Shown here: positions 45,581 to 56,296 of the stretch, one piece after another
Position numbering within the stretch: the first letter of the stretch is position 1
Layout of the letters: every line of letters begins with the position of its first letter
Assembly: GCA_902624455.1 (NCBI GenBank)
Contig: CACNXQ010000002.1
Coordinates: 60,155-124,154 of the forward strand
DNA: 64,000 nt
Reading direction: 5' to 3'
Source of the DNA: an uncultured Pelagibacteraceae bacterium
GTDB lineage: Bacteria > Pseudomonadota > Alphaproteobacteria > Pelagibacterales > AG-422-B15
Program-made: the position numbers and the translations under genes
The notes under the pieces: generated by a model
What the model was told of the DNA's origin: nothing
The model's database searches: none
What the model saw: the letters and a program-made list of their open reading frames with translations, nothing else

Positions 45581-47376
45581 TCTTCTTTAGGTAAATCCTT
45601 TTTTAGGTGAAGTTCTTTTAAACTTCTATCGTCGACTTCAGCTGGTGCAAGCATCATTAGATCTTGAGCTTGTTGGTTCATAGGAAATAAAATAACTTCT
45701 CGTATGTTTTTTTCTTTGGCTAAAAGCATCACGATACGATCGATTCCAGGCGCAATTCCACCATGAGGAGGAACTCCATAAGAAAATGCATTAATCATAC
45801 CCCCAAATTTTTCGAGCACTTGATCTTTTTCGTATCCAGCAATTTCAAATGCTTTAAACATTATCTCAGGTATATGGTTTCTAATTGCGCCTGATGATAA
45901 TTCAACTCCATTACATACAATATCATATTGGTAGCCTAAAATATCCAATGGATCTTTATCGATGAGTGCTTCTAAGCCACCCTGAGGCATTGAAAAGGGG
46001 TTATGACTGAAATCTATTTTTCCAGTATCTTCATCCTTTTCATACATAGGAAAGTCGGTTATCCAGCAAAACTTGTAACAATCCTGTTCTATTAAATCTA
46101 AATCTGATGCAATTTTATCTCTCGCAGCTGAGGCAAGATTGTAAGCATCTTTTTGAAAGCCACATGAAAAAAAGATTGAATCTCCTGATTGTAGTTTATT
46201 AATAGCAGCCATGTCTTTTAAGATGTTGTTAGGTATGAATTTTGCAATTGGCCCCTTACCTATTAGATCATCGTTTTCAGTATCTAATATAACGTATCCA
46301 AGTCCTGGAGCATTCATTTCCTTTTGAGCCCATTTATTCAATGAGTCAAAAAAACTTCTTGGTTTCTCACTAGTTTTTGGGGCTGGAATGCCTAGAACGA
46401 TACCACCTTTATCAATTATTTTTTTAAAAGAAGAAAATGATACTTCTGGTAATGAAAATTGATCTGTCATATTTGAAATTATAAGAGGATTTCTTAGGTC
46501 AGGCTTATCTGATGCGTAACGCTCCATTGACTCTTTATATGTTAACCTGGGAAAAGGATATTCAGTTACATCATCTTTTGTAAAATTTACAAATGTTTTA
46601 TATAGCACTGGTTCAATTGCAGCAAAAACATCCTCCTGTTCAGCAAAAGCCATTTCCATATCTAATTGATAAAATTCTCCTGGCGATCTATCTGCCCTTG
46701 CATCTTCATCTCTAAAACATGGTGCAATTTGAAAATATTTATCAAAGCCACCAGCCATTATTAATTGTTTAAATTGCTGAGGTGCTTGAGGTAAAGCATA
46801 AAATTTACCTGGGTGCAACCTACTTGGTACCAAAAAATCTCTTGCTCCTTCTGGGCTTGATGCTGTTAAAATTGGTGTTTGCATCTCAAGAAAACCTGAC
46901 TCAGTCATTAATTTCCTTATAAGAGATATAATTTGTGATCTTAATATTAAATTATTATGAAGTTTCTCACGTCTAATATCAAGAAACCTGTTTGTTAAGC
47001 GAATTTCTTCTGGATAATCATTTTCCCCTGCTACTGGCATAGGAATTTCTTTGGCCTTTGACAATATTTCTACATTACTGATTGAAACTTCAATTTCACC
47101 AGTTTCTAAAGACTCGTTTACAGTATCATCACTTCTCCTGACCACAGTTCCCATAACTTTAATAACTGATTCAGATCTTAGGCTGTCAATTGTATCTAAT
47201 AATGTCTTATTTGTTTTTTCAATAACGCATTGGGTAACGCCATAATGGTCTCTTAAGTCAACAAAAAGTACATTTCCATGGTCCCTTTTCCTGTTAATCC
47301 AACCTGAAATAACAACTTTGTTATTTTCATCAGATTGTCTTAATTGATTGCAATAATGAGTTCTATATGTATTCAT
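45577..47376 (-). CDS. aspS: Aspartate--tRNA ligase
   Basis: OB-fold N-terminus, class II motifs ([28 protein letters not shown]); 599 aa. Confidence 0.95.
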   Translation of the reverse strand: MNTYRTHYCNQLRQSDENNKVVISGWINRKRDHGNVLFVDLRDHYGVTQCVIEKTNKTLLDTIDSLRSESVIKVMGTVVRRSDDTVNESLETGEIEVSISNVEILSKAKEIPMPVAGENDYPEEIRLTNRFLDIRREKLHNNLILRSQIISLIRKLMTESGFLEMQTPILTASSPEGARDFLVPSRLHPGKFYALPQAPQQFKQLIMAGGFDKYFQIAPCFRDEDARADRSPGEFYQLDMEMAFAEQEDVFAAIEPVLYKTFVNFTKDDVTEYPFPRLTYKESMERYASDKPDLRNPLIISNMTDQFSLPEVSFSSFKKIIDKGGIVLGIPAPKTSEKPRSFFDSLNKWAQKEMNAPGLGYVILDTENDDLIGKGPIAKFIPNNILKDMAAINKLQSGDSIFFSCGFQKDAYNLASAARDKIASDLDLIEQDCYKFCWITDFPMYEKDEDTGKIDFSHNPFSMPQGGLEALIDKDPLDILGYQYDIVCNGVELSSGAIRNHIPEIMFKAFEIAGYEKDQVLEKFGGMINAFSYGVPPHGGIAPGIDRIVMLLAKEKNIREVILFPMNQQAQDLMMLAPAEVDDRSLKELHLKKDLPKED

Positions 47377-47409
47377 ATCTATATATCCTCAACATATATA
47401 GTTTGATTT

Positions 47410-48249
47410 ATGCAAATAGTCCAAGATAATAAATCTCTAGATAAGCTATGCAAAAAACTTAAAAAACATAAAGTTATTTATTTAGATACTGAATTCAAAA
47501 GAGATAAAACATATTGGCCTATTTTATGTACACTTCAATTTAGATTGCCAAGAAGTTCATATTTAGTTGATTTTATTGATGGGAAAGATTTAGATTTTAC
47601 TGAATTAACAAATATTCTAACCAGTAAAAATATACTCAAAGTCATGCATTCAGCTCGTCAAGATATTGAAGTTTTGTACTCACACTTCAAAATCGTCACT
47701 GCACCTATATTCGATACGCAGCTTGCATATCAATTAATTTATCAAGTGAATTCAATTGGATACACTACTATGATAAATAGCTTTTATAAAACAAATCTGT
47801 CAAAAAAGTACCAATTATCTGATTGGACTGTTAGGCCACTAAGCAAAGAACAATTATTGTATGCTGAAAGTGATGTAAAATATCTACCAAAGGTATTTAA
47901 GAAGTTAAATTCAAATATTGATAAGCTTGATCTTAAAGATGCTTTAAAGAAATTACATTTAGGTATTCAAGATATTAAAGATATCTATAACCCAAAGAAA
48001 GCTTTTAAAAGATTTAAGACAAAAAGTATTAATAAAATTGAAATGAAGAAATTAAAACTATTTACATCCTGGAGGGAATTAAAAGCACAAGAAAAAAATA
48101 TTCCAAGAAATTGGATTATATCAGATAAAACAATTGATTTATCTCTTAAGGGTAAATTGCTTGATAAAACATTTAAAAAAAAGAAAAAGAATAACGACAA
48201 TAGTATTGATGAATTTAAAAAGTTTTTAAAAAGTCAAAAATTTATTTAA
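47410..48249 (+). CDS. rnd: Ribonuclease D-like 3'-5' exonuclease (short, 279 aa)
   Basis: DEDDy motifs: YLDTEF (Exo I), MHSARQDIEVL (Exo II), YAESDVKYL (Exo III). Confidence 0.75.
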   Translation: MQIVQDNKSLDKLCKKLKKHKVIYLDTEFKRDKTYWPILCTLQFRLPRSSYLVDFIDGKDLDFTELTNILTSKNILKVMHSARQDIEVLYSHFKIVTAPIFDTQLAYQLIYQVNSIGYTTMINSFYKTNLSKKYQLSDWTVRPLSKEQLLYAESDVKYLPKVFKKLNSNIDKLDLKDALKKLHLGIQDIKDIYNPKKAFKRFKTKSINKIEMKKLKLFTSWRELKAQEKNIPRNWIISDKTIDLSLKGKLLDKTFKKKKKNNDNSIDEFKKFLKSQKFI

Positions 48250-48879
48250 AAATGGTTTTGTAATTTTAGATTTATGTTCTAATGAAAGCTTGTTAATTTT
48301 TTGAAGAGTTAAATAAATATCCTCGTAATTCCTACTTATTCTTTTATTTAAAAATTCGACAACACCTGTATCAATTTTGATTTGTTGTATGCTGAAATAT
48401 TTAAACAAAAGTACTTTTACCAAATGATCATCTGGCTGATAAATTTCAACTGAGTGAAACGAATTGATTCTTGATTTTAAATCAGGAAGTTGAATATTCA
48501 TAATTGAAGTATTATCAATAGTTATCAGAATAGATTTTTTTTGATTTACTGAATTATTGTAAAAATGAAAAAATAATTCTTCTTTATCGTGTTCAAGCAA
48601 ATGAAAATTATCAATTACATTATTTTTAGATGCATCAAAATCAAATTTAAACTTAACATCTGACAAGTCTGAGTAATTGGCTTCATATCTTTTCTTCCAA
48701 ATATGTGCTATATGAGTTTTGCCAGATTTTTTGGGTCCATATACTATTGCACACTTGTTAAGTAATTGATCCATATTTTCAAATGTGGAAGTAACTTCAT
48801 TGTTAGTTTCGCTAATGATAAAATCATCAACACTGAAGTTATCCTTTTTTTCTAAATCAAATACAATTTGACCTGTCAT
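48226..48879 (-). CDS. hdaA: DnaA-related AAA+ protein, HdaA-like
   Basis: P-loop GPKKSGKTHIAHIW and ~217 aa size. Synteny with a CDP-alcohol transferase and divergent purMN is as remembered from other alphaproteobacteria. Confidence 0.55.
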   Translation of the reverse strand: MTGQIVFDLEKKDNFSVDDFIISETNNEVTSTFENMDQLLNKCAIVYGPKKSGKTHIAHIWKKRYEANYSDLSDVKFKFDFDASKNNVIDNFHLLEHDKEELFFHFYNNSVNQKKSILITIDNTSIMNIQLPDLKSRINSFHSVEIYQPDDHLVKVLLFKYFSIQQIKIDTGVVEFLNKRISRNYEDIYLTLQKINKLSLEHKSKITKPFLNKFLTF

Positions 48880-49415
48880 TTTATTTCCTCTTTATATAGC
48901 CACAACTTAATATAGCTTAATAGAGAAAATAGTGTTGTTAACATTACGATTGGAGTTAAATAATATTTTATTGCCTGCAAATTTACTTCATCAAGGTTAT
49001 CTGCAAAGGTTACAATTATGAGAATGAAAACAAAAAAAGTATTAAATTTGCTAATGAACAGTGGTTTAAATGTAATTTCTTCGTTAGTCAGCGATGCTAT
49101 TGCAAAATATCCTATAATTAATATATCTCTAGATATAACAACAATAATTAAAAATATTGGCAATAGATCCAAGACACCAATCAAAGTAAATATTGAAATT
49201 ACAAAAGCTTTATCCGCTACCGCATCAAGATAAGAGCCAAGTTCTGTCTCAGCATTTAAATATCGTGCTAAAAATCCATCCAATAAATCAGATATAGCAA
49301 TTGCAATAATAAATAATGTAGCAAATAAATAAAGATCAACTAATACACACCAAAATACAACTGGTATCATCAACAGCCTCGCCAACGATATAAGATTTGG
49401 TATTTTTTTAATCAT
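48876..49415 (-). CDS. CDP-alcohol phosphatidyltransferase family protein
   Basis: Signature DLLDGFLARYLNAETELGSYLDAVADK (DGx2ARx8Gx3Dx3D) and multiple TM helices. Confidence 0.8.
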   Translation of the reverse strand: MIKKIPNLISLARLLMIPVVFWCVLVDLYLFATLFIIAIAISDLLDGFLARYLNAETELGSYLDAVADKAFVISIFTLIGVLDLLPIFLIIVVISRDILIIGYFAIASLTNEEITFKPLFISKFNTFFVFILIIVTFADNLDEVNLQAIKYYLTPIVMLTTLFSLLSYIKLWLYKEEIK

Positions 49416-50478
49416 ATAAACTTAACTCATGATACTGACCAAAATTTGTTGAAATAAGATTATATTCTCTCAAGACTGGTGCAAATTGATCTATTTCACC
49501 TCTAAATTCAATCGTCCCTTGCACTTTTTCTAAATCAAATTGATTGATGCTATAATTTGAAATCATATCAATCTTTTCAAGACTATTTCTTAATTCAATC
49601 CAGTCGCTTATATTTTTTCCGTTATATTGGTAAGATATAATTTCTATTTTACTATTTGTTTTTGTAGATTGTATCCATATATTCAATATTTCATTTTCAA
49701 TTTCTGTAATCATTTCACTGAAAAGAGTTTCATCAATTACATCGATATTTTGGACTAATGTTTTTTTGAAAGTATTAGATTTATTATTTATTATAAATTT
49801 CACAATGATATCCATAGTAAGCTCATTTTCAGAAATTTTTCTAATCTCAGACCAGATAAGTACTTCATTCTTTTCATTTGATGCTGAAATATCTATATAT
49901 GAAGACTCCAGAAAATCTGAAACATTATTTTTACCATTGAATTCTTCGACTAATTGAATTTTAGCAAATATTTTATTTTCAATGCTTTGTACATTCTTCC
50001 ACCCTGTCTTCCAAATATTTGAGAATAGAAAAAATTTATCACTATCTTTAAATCCAATTGTAATTGGTAAATTCCTAAGTACTACGTCTGAAAATATTAG
50101 TGAATTTGAAGAATAAAATTCTCTGACTCTGTATGGATTGAAATATATGCTAAAAATACCTTCATATGTATCTGAGGATATTTTTTCACTTTCAACCTCA
50201 ATACTTTCTATCAAATTCGAAATAGTAATATCTTCTATACTTAATCTTCTAAATTCTTCTTCTCCTAGAAGATTTCTACTTATTTGATTAAATCCATTTC
50301 TTTTAGCGATTTCTATTGCACTATTTCTGATATCTGAAGCAGCATTGTAATTTATTATTACCTTAATATCTTGAGCGTTGTAAAAACTTTTAGAATCAGG
50401 ATAAGTATTTGAAGATAAAAATATAAAAATATTTATTAACAAAAATAAATATAGTTTATTATAATTAGCTTTTATCAT
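49408..50478 (-). CDS. Exported protein, possibly DUF2066 family
   Basis: N-terminal signal/anchor. The family call rests mostly on remembered synteny (divergent from purM, upstream of the CDP-alcohol transferase and hdaA). Confidence 0.4.
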   Translation of the reverse strand: MIKANYNKLYLFLLINIFIFLSSNTYPDSKSFYNAQDIKVIINYNAASDIRNSAIEIAKRNGFNQISRNLLGEEEFRRLSIEDITISNLIESIEVESEKISSDTYEGIFSIYFNPYRVREFYSSNSLIFSDVVLRNLPITIGFKDSDKFFLFSNIWKTGWKNVQSIENKIFAKIQLVEEFNGKNNVSDFLESSYIDISASNEKNEVLIWSEIRKISENELTMDIIVKFIINNKSNTFKKTLVQNIDVIDETLFSEMITEIENEILNIWIQSTKTNSKIEIISYQYNGKNISDWIELRNSLEKIDMISNYSINQFDLEKVQGTIEFRGEIDQFAPVLREYNLISTNFGQYHELSLYD

Positions 50479-50494
50479 TATATAAATTATTAAG

Positions 50495-51538
50495 ATGAAG
50501 AAAATCTCATACTCTAGTTCTGGTGTAAGTATAGATAAAGGTAATAAGTTTGTATCTCAAATTAAAAAATTAATACAAAAAGATAAAAAATTAAAAAAAT
50601 CAAATATAGGTGGATTTTCTGGACAGTTTATTCTAGATACAAGAATAAAAAAGCCAGTACTAGTTGGTGCTACTGATGGAGTTGGTACAAAAATAGAAAT
50701 TGCCAATATATTAAATAATCATAGAACTATAGGCATTGATCTAGTAGCTATGTGCGTCAATGATTTAATTGTTGATAAAGCTAAGCCTCTTTTTTTTCTT
50801 GATTACATCTCAACTGGGAAACTTAATATTTCAAAAGGAACTCAGATAATTAAAGGCATTATTGATGGTTGTAAGGAATCGGGTTGTTCTCTTTTAGGAG
50901 GTGAAACAGCTGAACACCCAGGTATAGAGTCAAAGAATAATTATGACCTTGCAGGATTTTGTGTTGGTGTCAAAAGCGGTGAAAGCAAAAAAACTGAAAA
51001 ATTAAAAAATGGTGATCTTATTATTGGCATACAATCATCAGGCTTACACTCAAATGGATTTTCTCTAGTAAGAAAAATAATAAAAGAAAATAAAATAAAA
51101 CTTAATAAAAAACTTTATAAAAACAAAACTATTGGAGATCTATTAATTGAACCAACAAAAATTTATGTTACCCCTATTTTAAATTTATTTTCTAAAAATA
51201 TTATCAAATCTTGTTCCCACATAACAGGAGGAGGTATTACTGAAAATCTCCCAAGATCGTTAACTAAAAATGTTCAAGCTAAAATAGATCTAAGCACTTG
51301 GAATGTACCAAAAATTTTTAAATGGATACATAGTTATGGAGTAACTCAATCAGAAATGCTTCGGACTTTTAATTGTGGTTTTGGCATGATTGTCATTTTA
51401 GAAAGGTCAAAACTCAAGTCTTTTGATAAAGTTATGAAGAAATATAAGTTAAAGTACTGTAATATTGGTAATCTAATCCGTGCAAATAATTCTAGTAAGA
51501 AAATTAAATTTCAAAACAAATTAAATTTTGATGACTAA
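50495..51538 (+). CDS. purM: Phosphoribosylformylglycinamidine cyclo-ligase
   Basis: YSSSGVSIDKGN, GATDGVGTK, DYISTGKL and GGETAEHPG motifs. Confidence 0.95.
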   Translation: MKKISYSSSGVSIDKGNKFVSQIKKLIQKDKKLKKSNIGGFSGQFILDTRIKKPVLVGATDGVGTKIEIANILNNHRTIGIDLVAMCVNDLIVDKAKPLFFLDYISTGKLNISKGTQIIKGIIDGCKESGCSLLGGETAEHPGIESKNNYDLAGFCVGVKSGESKKTEKLKNGDLIIGIQSSGLHSNGFSLVRKIIKENKIKLNKKLYKNKTIGDLLIEPTKIYVTPILNLFSKNIIKSCSHITGGGITENLPRSLTKNVQAKIDLSTWNVPKIFKWIHSYGVTQSEMLRTFNCGFGMIVILERSKLKSFDKVMKKYKLKYCNIGNLIRANNSSKKIKFQNKLNFDD

Positions 51539-52103
51539 ACAACCAATCGGTGTCTTTATTTCAGGGCGTGGAACAAATCTTCAATCAATAATAAATGCCA
51601 GTAAAAATGAAAATTTTCCATGTGAGGTTAAAATTGTATTTTCAGACAACCATAGTGCTAAAGGAATTGATTTAGCAAAGGAAAATGGCATAGATACATT
51701 CTCTTTAGAGATAAAAGATTTTATAAACAAAGGAGAGTTTGAAGAACAAATTCTAAAATTAATTAAACCATATGATTTAAGATTAATTTGTTTAGCTGGA
51801 TATATGAAAATATTATCGAGTGAATTTATTGAACATTATCCAAATAAAATATTAAATATACACCCTTCATTATTACCTAAATATAAAGGACTTAATACTC
51901 ACAAGCGTGTATTAGAAAATAATGACGACATAACCGGTTGCACCGTTCATTATGTAAATCATGAACTTGATGGCGGTGAAATAATTGTTCAAAAAAATGT
52001 AAAAGTTGATGCCACAGATTCAGTTACTACGCTGGCTGATAAAGTTTTAAAGCAGGAAAATATGATTTATCCTGAAGCAATTAAGATGGTGCTTAGGAAA
52101 TAA
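51528..52103 (+). CDS. purN: Phosphoribosylglycinamide formyltransferase
   Basis: [23 protein letters not shown] and [13 protein letters not shown] motifs. Confidence 0.9.
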   Translation: MMTKQPIGVFISGRGTNLQSIINASKNENFPCEVKIVFSDNHSAKGIDLAKENGIDTFSLEIKDFINKGEFEEQILKLIKPYDLRLICLAGYMKILSSEFIEHYPNKILNIHPSLLPKYKGLNTHKRVLENNDDITGCTVHYVNHELDGGEIIVQKNVKVDATDSVTTLADKVLKQENMIYPEAIKMVLRK

Positions 52104-52515
52104 TATCTTCTTCAGAAAAGAAATGATTAATTTCAATGTTAGCATTTTCTTGACTATCTGATCCATGTACAGAGTTTTTCTCTAATGAAAGTGCATATTT
52201 TTTTCTAATAGTTCCTTCTGCAGCCTCTTCAGGGTTTGTTGCTCCCATAACATCTCTATTCTTCTTTACAGCATTTTCACCTTCTAGAACTTGAACTATA
52301 ATTGGCCCTGAGCACATGAAGTCACATAAGCTCTGAAAAAATGGTCTATCTTTATGCACCCCATAGAACTGAGCAGCTTTCTCTTGGCTGAGCTTTATTC
52401 TTTTTGAGGCAACAATTCTTAAACCGGCTGATTCAAGCATAGCAGTAATTTCACCAATTTTATTTCGTTCAACTGCATCAGGTTTTATTATGGAAAATGT
52501 TCTCTCAGTAGCCAT
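52093..52515 (-). CDS. ndk: Nucleoside-diphosphate kinase
   Basis: [12 protein letters not shown] and NSVHGSDS (active-site His) motifs; 140 aa. Confidence 0.95.
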   Translation of the reverse strand: MATERTFSIIKPDAVERNKIGEITAMLESAGLRIVASKRIKLSQEKAAQFYGVHKDRPFFQSLCDFMCSGPIIVQVLEGENAVKKNRDVMGATNPEEAAEGTIRKKYALSLEKNSVHGSDSQENANIEINHFFSEEDIIS

Positions 52516-54041
52516 TATTTTCCTTCGTAATACTTATTAACGAATCTATTTAATAACTTAACTCCAAAAGCAGTGGCACCTTTAGGTGAAGTTGGCAAAG
52601 TTTGTTTTGTCCAAGTAGTCCCAGCAATATCTAGATGAGCCCATGGAACCCTATTAACAAATCTTTGTAAAAACTGAGCTGCAGTAATTGACCCCGCACC
52701 TCTGCCATATGATATATTTTGCATATCAGCAATAGGTGAATTTATCATTTTGTCAAAATTTTCATGAAGTGGAAATCTCCATAGTTTTTCATCTTCAATT
52801 TTGCCAGCATCTTCAAGCTGTTTACTTAATTTGTCATTATTTGAAAATAAACCTGCATATTCATTGCCAAGTGCAATTACTATTGCACCCGTTAAAGTAG
52901 CTAAATTGACCATGAATTCAGGCTTATACTGTTCTTGTGTGTAATAAAGTGCATCAGCTAAAACTAATCTACCTTCAGCGTCTGTATTCAGAACTTCAAT
53001 AGTTTGTCCAGAGTACGATTTGATAACATCACTGGGCCTGGTAGCCATGTTGCCTATATGATTTTCAACAAGACCAACTACACCAATTGCGTTTACTTTT
53101 GCTTTTCTCATGGCGAGGGTTTTCATTAAGCCTACAACTACACCAGAGCCTCCCATATCATACTTCATTTCTTCCATTCCGCCTGAAGGTTTCAATGACA
53201 CGCCTCCAGTATCAAATGACACTCCTTTACCAATGAATGCTAATGGTTTTTTCTTTTTATTTTTATGCCCCTTCCACTCCATGATAGCTAGCTTAGATTC
53301 ATGTTCACTTCCTCGTCCTACACTTAAAAGAGACCCCATACCAAGCTTTGTCATTTCTTTTTCACCAAGTACTGTAACCTTTACTCCATAAGCTTCTAAT
53401 GAAGTGGCATTTTTAGCAATTTCTGGTGGGGTCATTACATTTGGTGGCTCCGTCACTAGATTTCTTGTTAGCGATACCCCTTCAGATATTGCTTTTACAT
53501 TTATATAATTTTTTTCTAATCGAGTATTACTTGATGATGAGACCTTGAATTTAGTTGCTTTTAATGAATTTTTATTCTTTTTATTTCTCTCAGTATCTTT
53601 CTTTTTATATTTATCAAACCTGTACGATGCCAAAGAAAAACCAGTCAGTAGCTCGGTTATTGAATTTATAAAACTAATTTTTGATGAAATTATTCCATCG
53701 GGATATAGGATCACTTTATTTTCTTTATAAAAAGATAATAAAGAAAAAATATGTCCACCTAGAATTTGAAAATCTCTTATTTGATATTCCTTGAACTTTT
53801 TAAGTTTAAAAATATAAAGTTTAGATAATTTTAAGTTTTCCGGTTGATGAACTATAAGATAATCAAAATTTTTAGAATTTCTTATTTTAAAAGACTCATC
53901 TGTATTAAGAATTCGTGAAATATACTTTTTTGAAAGTTGATCCAACTTTTTACCAAAACCAATCAATTTACAGTTTTGGTCACAAAATATAACTCCAATA
54001 TGATCTTTTTCTTGTTTTAAACTATTGAATTGTACGTCCAT
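52515..54041 (-). CDS. pepA: Leucyl aminopeptidase (M17)
   Basis: [11 protein letters not shown] and [15 protein letters not shown]17 signatures. Confidence 0.9.
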   Translation of the reverse strand: MDVQFNSLKQEKDHIGVIFCDQNCKLIGFGKKLDQLSKKYISRILNTDESFKIRNSKNFDYLIVHQPENLKLSKLYIFKLKKFKEYQIRDFQILGGHIFSLLSFYKENKVILYPDGIISSKISFINSITELLTGFSLASYRFDKYKKKDTERNKKNKNSLKATKFKVSSSSNTRLEKNYINVKAISEGVSLTRNLVTEPPNVMTPPEIAKNATSLEAYGVKVTVLGEKEMTKLGMGSLLSVGRGSEHESKLAIMEWKGHKNKKKKPLAFIGKGVSFDTGGVSLKPSGGMEEMKYDMGGSGVVVGLMKTLAMRKAKVNAIGVVGLVENHIGNMATRPSDVIKSYSGQTIEVLNTDAEGRLVLADALYYTQEQYKPEFMVNLATLTGAIVIALGNEYAGLFSNNDKLSKQLEDAGKIEDEKLWRFPLHENFDKMINSPIADMQNISYGRGAGSITAAQFLQRFVNRVPWAHLDIAGTTWTKQTLPTSPKGATAFGVKLLNRFVNKYYEGK

Positions 54042-54081
54042 ACTTATATACCTTTAGCAAAATATTGATATAATTGAAGAA

Positions 54082-55206
54082 ATGTCAAAATTTAACATAT
54101 ATTTAATTAAAGAAATTTTAATTAGTTTTTTACTTCTAACTACACTTCTTACTGGAATACTCTGGCTTGGTCAAGGGCTTAGACACATAGATCTTTTAAC
54201 TAATGATAATATTTCGTTTACTTCTTATCTCTCTTACATTGTAATGTTAATACCAAAAATAACAACATTAACAATACCCATATCTCTATTTCTTACAGTT
54301 TTGATAAGTTTAAATAGAATAAGAACTGATAGTGAATTATTAATTTTATGGGCATCAGGTGAGTCGAATATATCTTTACTGTTAAGGCCCATTCTTCTAA
54401 TTTCTATTTCCATATTTTTTATTTATCTAATAATAACAATTGTAGTTACTCCCTACTCGCTCAATGAAATAAGACAAAAGATAATTGAAATTAGATCCTC
54501 TGGAATAAATTCATCGATCTTACAAGAGCGTAAATTTATTTCTCCCACTGACCAACTTACAATATTTATTCAACAAAGAGATGGAAATGAAATTGAAAAT
54601 TTATTAATCCATGATCTCAAAAATAATAAGAAACCTCAAACATATATTGCTCAAAAAGGTAAGTTTATATCTGATGATAATATAAAATTACTTCGATTAT
54701 TCAATGGGAATATTCAAATCTTTGATAAGTCTGAACAACGTATTTCTGAAATCGAGTTTGATACATACGATCTAGATCTGTCTCCATATAGTAAAGTTGA
54801 GTCAAATCACAGGTATTCAGATGAATTGTTTACATTGGAAATATATAATAATCTTAGAGGAAAATTGCTAGGAAAATTTAATAACTACGAGAAAGAGCAG
54901 TTTGCAGAAATTAATAATCGTATAATTTCTCCTTTGTACATTATTTGTTTATCAATTTTACCTCTTCTGCTACTTAATTATACAAAATCTCCAAACTCAA
55001 GTTCAATTGTGCCAATCTCATTGATATCACTAATAGCTTTGTTGATAAAAATTCTTGAAATTTCGCTGGCCAATTTATTAATAGAAAATAATAATTTAGT
55101 TTATCTTAATTATTTCACACCTTTATTTATTCTAATAATTTTTTTGTTAATAATATATTTTGATAAACCAATTTTTATTTTAAAAAGATATGTTTTCAAA
55201 AATTAA
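54082..55206 (+). CDS. lptF: LPS export ABC transporter permease LptF
   Basis: YjgP/YjgQ-type topology (3 TM, periplasmic beta-jellyroll region, 3 TM); divergent from pepA as in many proteobacteria. Confidence 0.8.
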   Translation: MSKFNIYLIKEILISFLLLTTLLTGILWLGQGLRHIDLLTNDNISFTSYLSYIVMLIPKITTLTIPISLFLTVLISLNRIRTDSELLILWASGESNISLLLRPILLISISIFFIYLIITIVVTPYSLNEIRQKIIEIRSSGINSSILQERKFISPTDQLTIFIQQRDGNEIENLLIHDLKNNKKPQTYIAQKGKFISDDNIKLLRLFNGNIQIFDKSEQRISEIEFDTYDLDLSPYSKVESNHRYSDELFTLEIYNNLRGKLLGKFNNYEKEQFAEINNRIISPLYIICLSILPLLLLNYTKSPNSSSIVPISLISLIALLIKILEISLANLLIENNNLVYLNYFTPLFILIIFLLIIYFDKPIFILKRYVFKN

Positions 55207-56296
55207 TATATACTTAGCAAAAAACTTTTTTGCTTCATTTGCAATTGTTTTTGTCATTTTTGCAGCACTAATAATTATTGGAGATTTTGTTGAACAGTTT
55301 CGAAAAGCTACTGGTAAAGATGTTCCTTTAAAAATAATTTTTCAATTAGCAGTATTTAACTTTTTTAGTTTGATTGAATTTATATTGCCTATTGTAGCTT
55401 TTTTTGCTGCATTACTTACATTCATTTTATTAATAAGAAATTCAGAATTTTTAATTATTAATTCAATAGGTATATCAAATGTAAAAATAATGATACCTGG
55501 AGTAATTATTTTTTTTTTCATTGGAATTTTTTTTATAACTACTATTAATCCTCTTTCAGCAGTATTTTATGATCGTTATACTGAACTTGAATATAAGTAC
55601 ATCGCAAAATCAGACAAATTTGCGTCTATAACCAAAAATGGTATTTGGCTAAAGCAATTCAATGATAAAAAAAATATTTCAAGTGTTTTGTATGCGCAAC
55701 AAATTTCAAATAGTGGCACAACTTTACTAAATTTTATGTTGCTTGAATATGATGATAAAGGCGCATATCAAGGAAGGGTTGATGGAAAAAAAGCCTACCT
55801 TGAAAATGGATTTTGGAGGATGAATGAAGTTCAAGTTTCACCAAAATATAGTCAAGCAAGCTTTAATGCCGAATATATGTATAAGACGAACATTAAGCCA
55901 AGTGATATAACTAATAGTCTATCTTCACCTGATAGTATTTCTATATGGAAAATGGGAAAATTTATTAAGTTCTTAGAGGACCTTGGATATTCTGCCCGTG
56001 AATTTAAATTATACTATTATAACTTAATTTTACTACCATTCTTTTTATCCTTTCTAGCGATTTTGGCGGCCTCATTAATTTCTAATTTAAAACAAAATAG
56101 TAAATTAACAAAAACTATAGTTACTGCTTTTGTATTAATATTTATAATTTACTTTTTGTCTAATCTACTTGATGCCTTAGGATCATCTTCACAAGTTACT
56201 CCAATTATAGCTAAAATTACAACTCCAACATTCGTTATAATATTGTCATTATTATTTTTTTATTATTCTTATTTAAAAAGAAAAAAGTTGATTTAG
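55190..56296 (+). CDS. lptG: LPS export ABC transporter permease LptG
   Basis: Second YjgP/YjgQ paralogue, overlapping the lptF end. Confidence 0.8.
   Translation: MFSKINIYLAKNFFASFAIVFVIFAALIIIGDFVEQFRKATGKDVPLKIIFQLAVFNFFSLIEFILPIVAFFAALLTFILLIRNSEFLIINSIGISNVKIMIPGVIIFFFIGIFFITTINPLSAVFYDRYTELEYKYIAKSDKFASITKNGIWLKQFNDKKNISSVLYAQQISNSGTTLLNFMLLEYDDKGAYQGRVDGKKAYLENGFWRMNEVQVSPKYSQASFNAEYMYKTNIKPSDITNSLSSPDSISIWKMGKFIKFLEDLGYSAREFKLYYYNLILLPFFLSFLAILAASLISNLKQNSKLTKTIVTAFVLIFIIYFLSNLLDALGSSSQVTPIIAKITTPTFVIILSLLFFYYSYLKRKKLI

Noticed and set aside
47379-47401. CTATATAT-N7-ATATATAG palindrome between aspS and rnd, and the tandem ATTATAAT-ATTATAAT at about 28008-28023 between anmK and tyrS
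   Set aside because: These are purely A/T palindromes or repeats in a roughly 30% GC genome. They are most simply overlapping -10-like promoter elements or chance, and are not distinctive enough to call.
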